A stretch of 64,000 nt of DNA from Styela clava (taxonomy: Eukaryota): the NCBI RefSeq assembly GCF_964204865.1, contig NC_135252.1:22568001-22632000 (forward strand). Direction: 5' to 3'. Positions 46,529 to 59,000 of the stretch are shown here, one piece after another (within the stretch, counting starts at the first letter, position 1; the number at the start of each line of letters is the position of its first letter). Under the pieces are notes generated by a model, which saw only the letters and a program-made list of their open reading frames with translations, had not been told where the DNA came from and did not search any database. Both the position numbers and the translations under genes were made by a program.

Positions 46529-47091
46529 TATATAATTATGTATGATAAAATCATGAAAGAGTGGTCACATTAAATATGCCGAACATCCAACCTCCAAATT
46601 TTGTTTATGGAAAGTTTAATGTTTTTTTTTTTTTTTAATTTTTCAAACTACACATAATAATACTTTGCGTGTATGATCATCAGGCATTTTAATTATATAT
46701 ATGGCATAATTATGTGTTTTGTGTGCACTCTGACAAATTTATTTTGAAATATAAGGTATTGAGTAGTTGTTGTTTGGGATATACTTTTAGGGTGGTTTAT
46801 GACTTAGTTGTCGCCACCAAAATGACAATTGTATCAATAAGCATTTTACTATTTATTTTTAATTATCTCCATTTGTGGACTTTTGTAGCTATAATTTTAT
46901 ATAATGTTTTAAAAAAGGAGTATGTTCTCAGATAAGATTTCCAAAGTGTGTATATGATATATCTCATCATGAGTTAACCAACATATTTTAGCAACTTCTC
47001 CTTGCAGGCATTCGATATCTCCACTAGACTAAGCCTTTGATGTAATTTTATTCAGACTCATCCAGTCAAGTAGAAATTGCTCATAAGAAAA

Positions 47092-50000
47092 ATGGCGGCA
47101 ATTGGAATTGACCTCGGTACAACATTTTCTTGCGTTGCTATTTGCAAGAATGGAATAGTGAGTATAAGATTATTTTTTCGGCGCGTACTTCAAAAAGTCA
47201 AAATCTTGTCTTCAGATTTTCATCACTAGGAGTTCTACAATAAAACTCAGCGTACTTCTTTTCTTTCTTATATATGATTGCTCTACTTCAAACATTTTAT
47301 TTTAGTATACCTCTTCGATATCTTCTATACCTCACTATTTTGGTCAGCCTTTTACATACACCAATATACTTTTAATTCTTCGTACAAAAAAGGTGGTGCA
47401 ACGAAGGAGGTTACTCTAACATCTTTCAGAATTTAAATTCGGAGCACTTTTTATCACGTATGGGGTTATTTATTTTGTCACGTCCGCACTAGCTATCTGC
47501 TCAGCTGAGACCTCAGCAGTGGCCATGATGGTCATTTGTATCAATAAATTTTAACATCCATCTTATGTTTCGTTTTTATTTCTTAATTTTTCCCTTCTAT
47601 TGACATTTTATTTACTGCCTATATACCAATTCCAGGTGCAAATTATACCCAATGAACACGAAAAACGGTTGACACCAGCATATGTGGCTTTTACCGAAGA
47701 GGAAAGATTATTCGGAGACTCCGCAAAACATCAAGCTCCGTTGAACCTAGCAAATACTGTATATAGTAAGTGCAACATTGAAAATAAAACAAACAATGAA
47801 TTATGTTTGAATTATTACCTAATGACGGATTTTATTTTGAACTTTTTTTTCTGAAAATCAAAAAAAGAAATAATATAACAGCACTGATCTTTTCAATAAC
47901 TACAAAAGGATTATACTCGAGTGCAGAAAATATGGTTTAAATGTGTACGTAATTTCTTACTATATCGATATTTCAATTGCGTCTTCGTTTGATCAACGTC
48001 GTATACAGGGTGTCTCAAAAGTAAGTATACACTTTTAATTTTGATTTGCTTTTCAGGTACTCAGCATAGAGCGTTCATTTTTTTCAGGGAACATAGTATA
48101 GATAACCAGTAAAATTTAGATATTGTTTGTATTTTTCAACAACCCACAAAATGACAAGGAGACTAAGCCCAAAAATGAAAAGCAAATTGGTGATTGGCAA
48201 GAAGCATGTAAATCAGTAAGGCAAACTTAGCTCCTCTTTAACAGAGAATTTGAAACTGATTCAGCTTCCTCAAAGCATCCGCTGCATGGTTTTCTTGATC
48301 TTACAGATCAAGTTTCCATGAATTGCGTAATTCTTTGTCGTGAAGTGCTGATTGCCTCAATGTTTTATATGCTTCTTGCCGAACGGCAATTTTCACCCCA
48401 TTTCTTGGGTCAATCTTCTTGTCATTCTGTGGGTTGTTGAAAAATGCAAACAATACCTAAATTTTACTACTTATCCACTATGTTTCCTGAAAAAATGAAC
48501 GCTCTAGGATGAGTACCTGGGAAGCTAATCAAAATTAAAAGTGTATACTTGTTTTTGAGACACCTTGTATAGAGAGCCTAAACAATAAATAATTGGGTCG
48601 ATTCGGAAAACAAACATTTGTAACGATTAAATTCCGTTAGTGTGAAGGAATCCAATGAGTACACCAATTGAAAGTAAGAGTACACTCAAAATAATAATAA
48701 AAATCCTAAGAAGGTCTTATTGCACGCAGTCTCAATTCGTTGTGTAAACGGTAAAGCTTTCAAATACCATTTAAATTAATAAAGATGAATTTTGCGGTGA
48801 TAATCGTTACCAATGCGCGATGAACTAAACTAGTATTTCAGGTCCACCGGTAGCACAGTCCATTTTATGTCTCCAGCAGAGATTTTGTTATTTGTTGATG
48901 TACCCAACATTTTTAGTGACTACATTTTATTTTGCCACGTTGTTTCACCTAAATAAAAATACTTTGGAATTATCTTTTGATTACTCACCATCACCAACCA
49001 CAGTGGCGTGACTGTTATGTAATTTATTTTCATCTTAAATCTGAAAGCGGATGATAGATTTTCACGCTATCGAAGATATTACGTTCTGATGAATTTCCTT
49101 TGGATCATCTCTGCAAATTATATTATTCATAAAAACACGTTTCTATTTTGTTACCAGTTAATACATGTTTACTGTTTTTGCTCCACTGTGTAAATAGACT
49201 TTTTTAAGTCTATTTAAAACATTTACGAAATTAACGAAAATGAGATGTACCTACTTATGCTGCAAATATGGCTTAGTCAGGGATAACTTCCACTTTTGAA
49301 ATCATTAGCTAAGTTTTTTATTTTTAAAGCTGATATTTTAAACCAATTCTTTTTATACTTCTACAGACATCAAACATATAATCGGAAGGTTATATAACGA
49401 TCAAAAATTGAAACAAGACAAAAAATATTTGGGATATACTATCGAACCTGACAGAAATGGATATTGCCAAATACCAGTAAGAAATTTTGCGATTCTCTGA
49501 TATCAATTTTTTGTAATATCGAATAGAATCTGCTTGAAATAAATGTAGATTATATTGTCATTGTAAAATACATATTCTATTGTCGTTTTAAAAAGCCTCC
49601 ATTTTGGCATCACTGAGAAATTAGGAAAAGATGAAAACCTTTCCGTATTTATTAGTTACCATAATGCTTGACGATGCATTAATTTAATGATTTTTGAGGT
49701 TATATTACCTAGTTGTCCTTTAGCGCAAAAAGTTTTCTCTCTCAATACCTGGCTTTGTCATTGCGCTCAATTTCAGGTATAAGTTCAATTTTTTATTCTA
49801 GAATTCGGGAATTTTTATTTGAAGAAGCATAACAAATGTAAAGTTTTTGTTTGCATATTGGACAAACGAGCCAAATTTTTCTACCTACCAAATTTTCAGG
49901 CTTTTAGATTCCCATATCTACTTGAATTTTTAGATTTGATTCAAAATTAAGTAAATATTGCTACAATTCTCTGGACATAGCATCAAATTTATTACTTTAG

Positions 50001-53000
50001 GATCTATCATTTATATTGACCTAAAAATCACTTTCAATATTAAAAGTGAAAAACTCGCATACTGGTATTTCAAAATTTCACTTTTCCAGATATCTAGCTA
50101 CGGAAAGCAAGTAGAATTATATCCAGAACAAATTACGGCAATGACAATTGTTAAAATGAAAGACATAGCAAAAGCACACGTTGAGGAAACAGTATCTAGA
50201 GCTGTTATTTCCGTCCCCGGATTTTTTAACGAGGCACAGCGCCAGGCTACAATAAACGCTGGTAGGATGGCTGGCCTTGAAGACGTCAAGCTCATAACCG
50301 AACCAATGGCATCAGCGCTGGCATATGGGCATGATAAACAGGTTAAACAAAATGATAAACAAACAATTTTATAAAAAATTATATCAAAAAGGCAAAATAT
50401 TGTTATGTTATTAATTAATATCACACAATTTTCATTCTCGCCTAAAAATTGTAATAGCGTGTTTACTGATGATGAAATGGAAATTTTTGATTGGATTTGG
50501 TAAACAGAAATTTTCAAAATTATAAATTTTATTTTTTATATTAAATATATGTCATTTCTTCAAAACTTCAAAGGCAATGATAATTTATAGTGAAATAAAC
50601 CATAATGTATAATACAAAATTTGGAAACGCTTTTAAGGATATCAATTGCAATTTTTTATTGACACACATTTTTTCTCTTTCAGCTAAAAACAATTGAAAA
50701 CATTTTAATTTTTGATTGTGGTGGAGGGACAACCGAAATAAGTCTTGCAAAAATAACAAGCAAAGATGTTAAAATTATATCTACGTTTGGAGAAAATTTC
50801 GGGGGTCAGTTTATTTTCAAGTTGTTTGATTTTTCTTTCAATATTTTTCATTAATTTGAGCTTATTTTATGAGTATGCGAAAAAAGGCTCATAATCAAAT
50901 ATTAATAAGTTGCAAGGAGAGCGGATTAATTTAGGGTTTTCAAAAAGGATGAAGATCGCAAAAAAATACCAATGCTTTAAAATATTATTCGTCAATGAAA
51001 TTATGTTTTCCTTCTTGTTATTCGGCCATAATTTAATCGTATCCAATATATCCAATATATTTTGTTTTGTTGAATCACGATTCAGATTCAGATTCAGATT
51101 TTTATTTTCGTCGTGCATGAAATATTGTACAAACAAAATTGATCAAAATATATAACAAAACATCAATTAAAATATACTGGAATACAATATTTGCGCAATT
51201 GACGAGGAACCGCGAGAGACTACTAAAGTCATCGTGTCAGCGACACCGTGTTTGCTAAGATAAGCAGAAGACGTCAATAACATGAAATAATTAATTTTTG
51301 AAAATAGAGTGAATACAATTTGGGAAATACAAATCAAAACGACGATGGATCACAATAACCATTGTCTTGTACTAGTTACGATATTCATCAGCAAACAAAT
51401 ATGGATTATTAGAGGATAGGGTAACTTTTTTCTGTGAAAATATTTGAAAGTGATAAAGAGTTTATAAAAAAAATGCCTACATTAAAAAATAGGTTTATCG
51501 CGAAAGAATGGATTCGTTTATAATTTTTGTATTCGAAAGCTTGCGAATTATGGATCTTTTACGCAAAGCCCACGCCGCTAATGTGGAATTTGACAAAAGA
51601 AAAAGAAAAACTGTCGTGTATTTATTTTGCAGTTGCGCACAAAGTATCTCACAAAGAGTCTCTTCCTTTATTAATTTAATTGTGCGTCGACAAAAGAACA
51701 TTACTACGAAATGTTACGACCATAAAAAGTGTTTAAACTTTTGGATATCTAGTTTTGATTCGTATTTTTGCGATGTTAATAATTATACAAATTTGATATG
51801 TTCTTGCAACACCGGCTTTGCTTTATCACAATGCCACCACCAAATTTTATTTTCAAGATATCAACGTTAGAGAAATCCCTAGATCTGCTAGAGAATATCA
51901 AAACAATAATAATTGATTGTACAGTGATACCTCGATAGTCAACCAGTTCATTCGAGTCAAAAATGCTGCGGTATTCCAACTGAAATTAGGATCTCAAATA
52001 CCCGAACCGAGCGGAGCTCGCGGCCGAGAGAAATGACGCCAACCGAAAATGAGCTCGATCGATCCTGGCATGCCGTTGGAAGCTTCCGAATCGTCAATTC
52101 GTCCTAATATTAAGCGTTTAGTGAAGCAAAAATGTTTCCAAATATCACTAGGAAAAACATGTATCAAATGTTCTATTTTTATTTTATGCTGCAATATAAC
52201 ATCAAATTACCTTCAGCTGTATTGATGCAGTTGTTTATTTTTGTTGATGAAAATCAATAGATATCATGCGTGCGGGCCACTTACTCATCGGTACTCGACT
52301 GATAAAATGGCCGGCGATAGCAAATGGGTTCGCCCCACCTTGTTTTAAATGAATAATCAACATATGTGTGATAAAAAAGATATTTTAAATTTTGTATGTA
52401 TCTAGGCCAGTGGTTCCCAAACTTTTTCGAGTTGGGACCCACTATTTATTACCACAGCTTATGGCGACCCATTTAAAGTTTTATGACATAACACAGAACA
52501 CAGCAATGGCTAATCATCGCTAAACTATCGTGTTTCCTCGAAAATAAGACCTGGACTGAAAATAAGACATAATTTGAATTTTGAAAATGATTTTAATTAA
52601 ACCCTACCTTTGAAATTTAAAATGTGTGGGAGAGGAAGGGTTCAATGACCTGAGTGAGATAAGGTGAAGATTGCACCACTATTCAAGATTACCACAATTA
52701 TGATATTTGACACTTGATTTTTGTATAGAAAATACAAATAGAAACAATGGATGTCGAATTTTATATAATGTTTATTGAAAAATCTCGTGATCTTCTACAA
52801 TGTAAGGTCATTTTTGATAAATGAACACAAAAGACCTCTTCCAAAGAAACATAATGTTATTCTTCAAAAGAAAATAAATCTAAATCCTATTTAAATTTAG
52901 GGTGAAACACAGTAAGAAGTGCTGTCCAGTGTACAAAACTGCTGTGCGTAAAAAAGCCACATGGTCATTCTTTGTGTAGCAAATTTTTGTTCCTTTGAGA

Positions 53001-56000
53001 AGATCGTAAAAAGTACAGATTAGAATTTCACAGACAGAACTTTCACATATAAGAATTTAAATTCAATTTAATTTAATTGGTTTTTTTGAAGATTTGCGTA
53101 TTCGAGTCGCCACCGATCCTAAAAACCAGTGTAATTAATCAAAGCTTTCCACATCTTTTCACGACCCATTAAGATTCCTTTTGCGACCCACCAGTGGGTT
53201 GCGACCCATAGTTTGGGAACCGCTGATCTAGGCTATGTGTATTATTTCTTTAGACTATGTGCATAGACACAACTGATAAAAAGAACATTGGCTCATTTAT
53301 CTTAGTCTTTTCAAACAGGTGATGATTTTGACAACCGATTGGTTCTGAAGTACGGTAAAGACTTGGGAATTGAAATTCACGATAAAAAAGCAATAACTAG
53401 ACTGAGAAACGCTTGCGAAAAAGCAAAACAAAGTCTGTCAGCAGCTTCTCGCGCTCGGTAAGCTCATTTATTGCTAATAATTGCTAACAAAAAATGAATT
53501 TTATGATTGGTGCTTGTCCAAATACTTGAAGCATGTAATGATTTTAAGATCTCATTCATAAAGTCTGATAAATATTGGTCCCAATAGTAGGTAACAAACG
53601 AAATGCAAATTCAATTAGGTATTCTCAATGTTTTGCAAGAAATATTTCTGTTCTAGTTTATGTCTGATATATGTCAAACAATTTAAATGCGATTTTGTTA
53701 TTAGGAAACATCATTGATATTTTAAAATCCTTCAGACATAATAAAGCTGAATTGTAATTTATTTTAATTTTATTTTTCAATTAATTCAACTTTTTTATGT
53801 GCAGGATAAAAGTTGACAATTTATACAATAATGAGCCGTTTGAAAGCACTATAACACGAGAAGATTTTGACAAAATAAACGAGGAATTGTTTGAAAAAGT
53901 TACTTCCATTGTTCAAAAAATGTCGAAGTTTTTGACAAAGAATCGTCATAAGGTTTCCTTTAGTGTTCGTCATTCTTTATTTAAAAGAATGTTTATAATT
54001 TTAATCGAAATAAATAATTAATTTTAGAATTTTCATTGCTATATAATTCTATCGCTGTTAAACGCTAATATTAGAGAAAGTTGCCTCCGACGTTTGTAAT
54101 CATACTTCTAAGAATAGCTTACCAGATCTATATTTTTTATTATAAATATATTAGGTTGATGAAATAATTCTCATCGGAGGATCAACGCGTATCCCCAATA
54201 TACGGAACATTCTTCAGAATTCATTTAACGTCAAACACTTGAACAGAACAATTAACCCAGATGAAGCTGTTGCATACGGTGCAGCAGTACATGCGGCTAA
54301 TGAATTTACTAACTGCAAGGTATTTTATTGGTTAATAGTTTTGTTGCGAAAATAAGCAGAGTATACAGACTTGTCCACGGAACGTATTTTTCCGTCTCAT
54401 TCCGTCTAATACTGTGGCAATTTTTACCCGTTCCACTCATCCCCATCAATGAAACGTTTCGTATAGAATTCCTATTTCCAACTCTGGAAAATCACCTAAA
54501 TAAGGAATCTATGTATAGGTGTCCCAACACAAAATAAAAATAAACAATAGATGTAAACAGCTCTTGGGAAATAAAAAAACAACTGAATTTGACGTTTAAA
54601 TTGCCATGAGAAGTAAAATGTCTGCTGTCCCATTCCATCTCATGAAAGACGACAATCCATGGCCATGTTTGAGAATACATATATATATAGTATTACGCTA
54701 AACATATAGTTAACAAATGTTGTATAGTGGAATGCCGTTTTGAAATAATTCCAGAAATAAAATATCGTATTTGTGAAAATTGTTTTAAAATTTGTTTGCA
54801 AATATTGATTTTTAAATTATTCTTCTGTAACTCTTACTTAGTCTTTTGTACTTTAGAAAATAGTCCAGGTTCGAGAGATGACTGCTTTGAATAATAGTAA
54901 TACAGTACCTGAAAATAAAAAACGTAAAATAGAAGAGACGAGTCAAGCAAAATTGACGGAAATGGTATGTAAATGGGCTACTCAAGTATAAAGATAGTTA
55001 CGACGAGTAAATAATGTTTATGTTAAGTTCTGAAATATTTTACATGTTGTAATGTTTTGGTGGTGCTCCCGAAGTATGTGCACCAAGATGGCTCACAACT
55101 TGAACATACTATGTGTACCAGGTTTGGGTTCAGGTTGTGCGCCATCTTGGTGCACATGTTTTCGAAGCGCCGTTTTGGTTAGTATTAGCCATTAATATTT
55201 CTGAAATTTGAAAAATATTTTTTTTCTTAAAACTACATTTTCACAATTTTGAAAAGACAGACGGATATGTTTTATTTATTTTGCCGAATCAGAATATTAG
55301 CAAACTATATAGTTCTCCTGGTATACCGTGTACTAAACCGAAACATTAATAGCGAAGGGGTTAGTCTGATAGGTTAACGCAATGAAAACCGCTTTTATCT
55401 ATGACAATTTTTCTTTACCTCAAATATTTGCCCTTGTTTCAGTTGCAAACCTATTCCTTGCTTGTTGAATAATTCATCTTTTTGTTTTTCTCCAGACTCA
55501 AAAAGTGCTGGAGTTTGATAAACATGACGAAATGCTCAGGGAAGAAAGTAATGCACGGAATAATCTCGAGAAATACGCTTACAGTACCAAGAAAAAGGTT
55601 CACACAGATAAATACAAAGACAAGTTATCTGCTGAAGACAAAAAAGGAATTTTCCATGAATGTGATCTAGCGATAACATGGCTTGAAACGAATAAAGTAA
55701 GTATTCAAATGATTCACAACATGCTTACTAATGCTTTCAATATACGCCGAAAGTTTTTATTTATAAAATTATGCCGCAGAGAATTTCTTGTATTTTACTT
55801 TACGTTGGCTTGAAGCAGAGTTCATTAATCTATTGTCGTCAGAAGCATGGAATTTGTACAAATCGCGGTGTTTGGTAACATGGTTTAGAGGTATAAAATG
55901 TTTTTTTTTTTATTTTGAAGCGGAAAAAAGTAGTAGAAAAAAAACTTGAAGAACTGAAGCAATATTGCGAAGCGATATTCGATGGAAAGTCAGCAACAAA

Positions 56001-59000
56001 GGTCGAAATTAGATTATTTTTAGTGCTTGATTCCCTACATTACTATTATAACATACGTTTTTTCATAGTGGTAAAATGTGTAAAAATTGATTCTACGTTG
56101 TTGATTTAAGTTGGCACCATTAAAAAATCGAAAACTAAAAATTATTTAATCGACAATATTCCTATTGGCAGGATAAGAATTACATAATTGGTTACGACCA
56201 CCTAACTGTTTCTGAGTGATTAGGTAATCGGAGAATTACAGAATCCTCGACTGCGAATTAATTTAATCGTGTCATTTTTAAATATATTGATCTTCACAAA
56301 ACATGAACTTATTTTAAATCCATGATATATATGTTGATTACATTTGAATTTGATGGTAGATGTTACTCTTTCAGACGCTTATTACAGTTTTTATTTTTTC
56401 AGTTTTAGCAACATCGAAGCAAATTTAGTTTTTTATATAAATAATTTTTAAATAATTTTTCTAATTCAGCAAGTGGTAATGAGGTCACCATATGTGAGAT
56501 CGGAGAAAAGTCCAAAAGGTATCGTTACAGGAAAAATGCAGGTGAGATTACAACGTGCAAACAATATTTGTCGTCTTAGATCACTGGTTCTCAACCAGTG
56601 GCCATGGCCCACCGCTGGGCTATAGATACATTTTCATGTGGGACACAAGCATTTTACAAAAATGTTTATTGAAAAGTTTAGTTTCATTTGTGTTAATATA
56701 GTCAAATTTTAATTGTAGTTGCAATGAATGATGCTGCTGCTTTTCATTATAATTATGAAAGTTAAAGTATTTATTTTTGCGAAAATAGTCTTGATTTTCT
56801 TGTAGTTTTTCCCTTGCATGAGAAAGCTAGTGGGCCACAGAATGTTTATGCAACAAAAGTGGGCCACGAAAGAAAAAAGGTTGAAACACTCCCGTAGTGT
56901 TTGTTCCAGTTAGGTCATTATTTCATTCCGATATTTCTTAATAGTTCTATTACGAGTTCGGGGATGGTCTGTGTTAGCAAAGTACATATACCCCTTTCTA
57001 TAAGTTTCAGTCTCTTTACAAAACTTGATGTGAGGCAGGTGACCAAAGTAGTTATACCTCCATATTGGTACACGCACTTCTGGAGCGCCCTTCATATAAT
57101 TTTGGGAAAAGCAGAACTTTATATTTGACCCTTTATAAATCTTTACCAAACAGTCAACTCGTGCAAATAAATCTACTGAACAAGAACTGGTGAAATTTAA
57201 CGCAATCAATGATCTTCATAAATATGTTCAAAGTGTTCAATCCCATTCAATATTCGGAAAACTTACGGAATTTATGACGTCGGACATCAAAAAGAAAATA
57301 GATATCAAATGTCGTGAAATAGAGCAGTTTTTTAACGCAAGCCAGGTATGTTTTCCTCGCTATATCACCACTACCCTTCTAATGTATTTATTTTACATGG
57401 GATAATGGCGTTTATTCGCTGCAAATATGATTGTTGACTCTTATAAATAATTTAAAAAGTAATATAATTATGGAAAAATATATATTCCTATTTATTGTTT
57501 TGTGTTAAATGTTTAGGATATGGAAGTCAAAAAGATAAATGGCAAAAAAATGGAATTAGAAATAATTGTAGAAAGTATACTGCACAGATTGCAGCATAAC
57601 CAGGTGAATAGCATTTTAAATAGTTTATTTTTAACCTTGTCGCTCTCTTCATATGTGCTCAAGCAGTTTCCTGTTATTAACAAAGATATAAAACACCTTA
57701 TAAATATATGAGAAACGTTTATAGAATTCAACAAAGAAAGTTTCCACCTATTTTTATTATCAAAATTTTTCCATAAATATTTATCTCAATATTATGTGTT
57801 CCAAATCATAAATGAAATTATTTCTGAAATGTAGCAAATGTACGTTAGTTTATTTAATTTCGTCCGAATGGTTTTGATTTATAGATTATTCTTTACCGAT
57901 CTTTAAAACAAATACATCTGAGAAACAATTGAAGCATAGAAAATCTTTAAAATACCGTATTTTCCGGCCAATAAGTCTACCCAGTGAATAAGACGAGGCC
58001 CGTTTTTGAGCCTGAAAAATGGATTTTCGCATATATTCTGCCGATAAGACGGTTAGTAAAATCGCATCAACATCGTAATCTCAAATTACCATGCAGAGGC
58101 TTTTGGGCGGTCGCCGCCTTTGCGCATTGGTTAAAATAGCCTATAATAACTTTTTCTTGTAGCGTAATATTCAATCCATAACAATTACGAGAATTCGAAC
58201 TGTCTTTCAATTTAATTGTGTTCAACCCAACTCGCGTTTGCGTCCACCATATAAGAACATTACCTATCTAAAATAACACGGCGATGATAAAAACGTGGGG
58301 ATGCTATCGCCAAAGGTATTTGGTATTTTATGAATTGAATAATAAGGCGACACCAAAAAAATTATCATACTCGCCTAATAAGACAACCCCCAAAATCAGG
58401 CCAAAAATTTGGGTTATTCGCCGGGAAATACGGTATAGTTCCGAAAATAAATTTTATATATGTTTATATAATCTTATCACAGGAAGTCGACAAAAAGAAG
58501 AACGACGAGTACGTAAAACTTCTCAAATATATTTCTTATCTCAGGAAGCCAGAGGAAGGACAAAAACCAGGCAATTTTACATTTCAGTACATGGATGACA
58601 TTAAATCCGCGTGCGATGAAACAGAACAATGGCTTAAAAGTAATTATGTACGTTTCATTCAAGTCCGATAGTACTAGAAGACCGTTGTAATAATTTTGAA
58701 TAGGTTACCATTATGCCCAAATTTATCTAATGACAATTCGCATTTTTTGGGGCGAGAGGTGCCCTAGAGTGAAATCTGTTTATTGTTATTTCAAATAATA
58801 GTAGTCATTAGTTATCGATTTTAATCGGTAAGTATGTTGATAGGTATTTGTCTGTATGTCTGTCTGTTTGTCTGTTAGATGCACGCGATATCTCACGAAA
58901 GCTAGATTGAATCTGCTCCAGATTTTGCATGTGCATTCATCTTATCTCGGACCAGAAGCCTATTGATTTTGGGCGAATTATGTCGTATAATTAGCGAGTT

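Noticed and set aside
50098-50517. Antisense ORFs overlapping Hsp70 exons (also 3918-4115, 5929-6168, 7294-7482, 42105-42452)
   Set aside because: Shadow ORFs typical of Hsp70 codon usage; no independent support.
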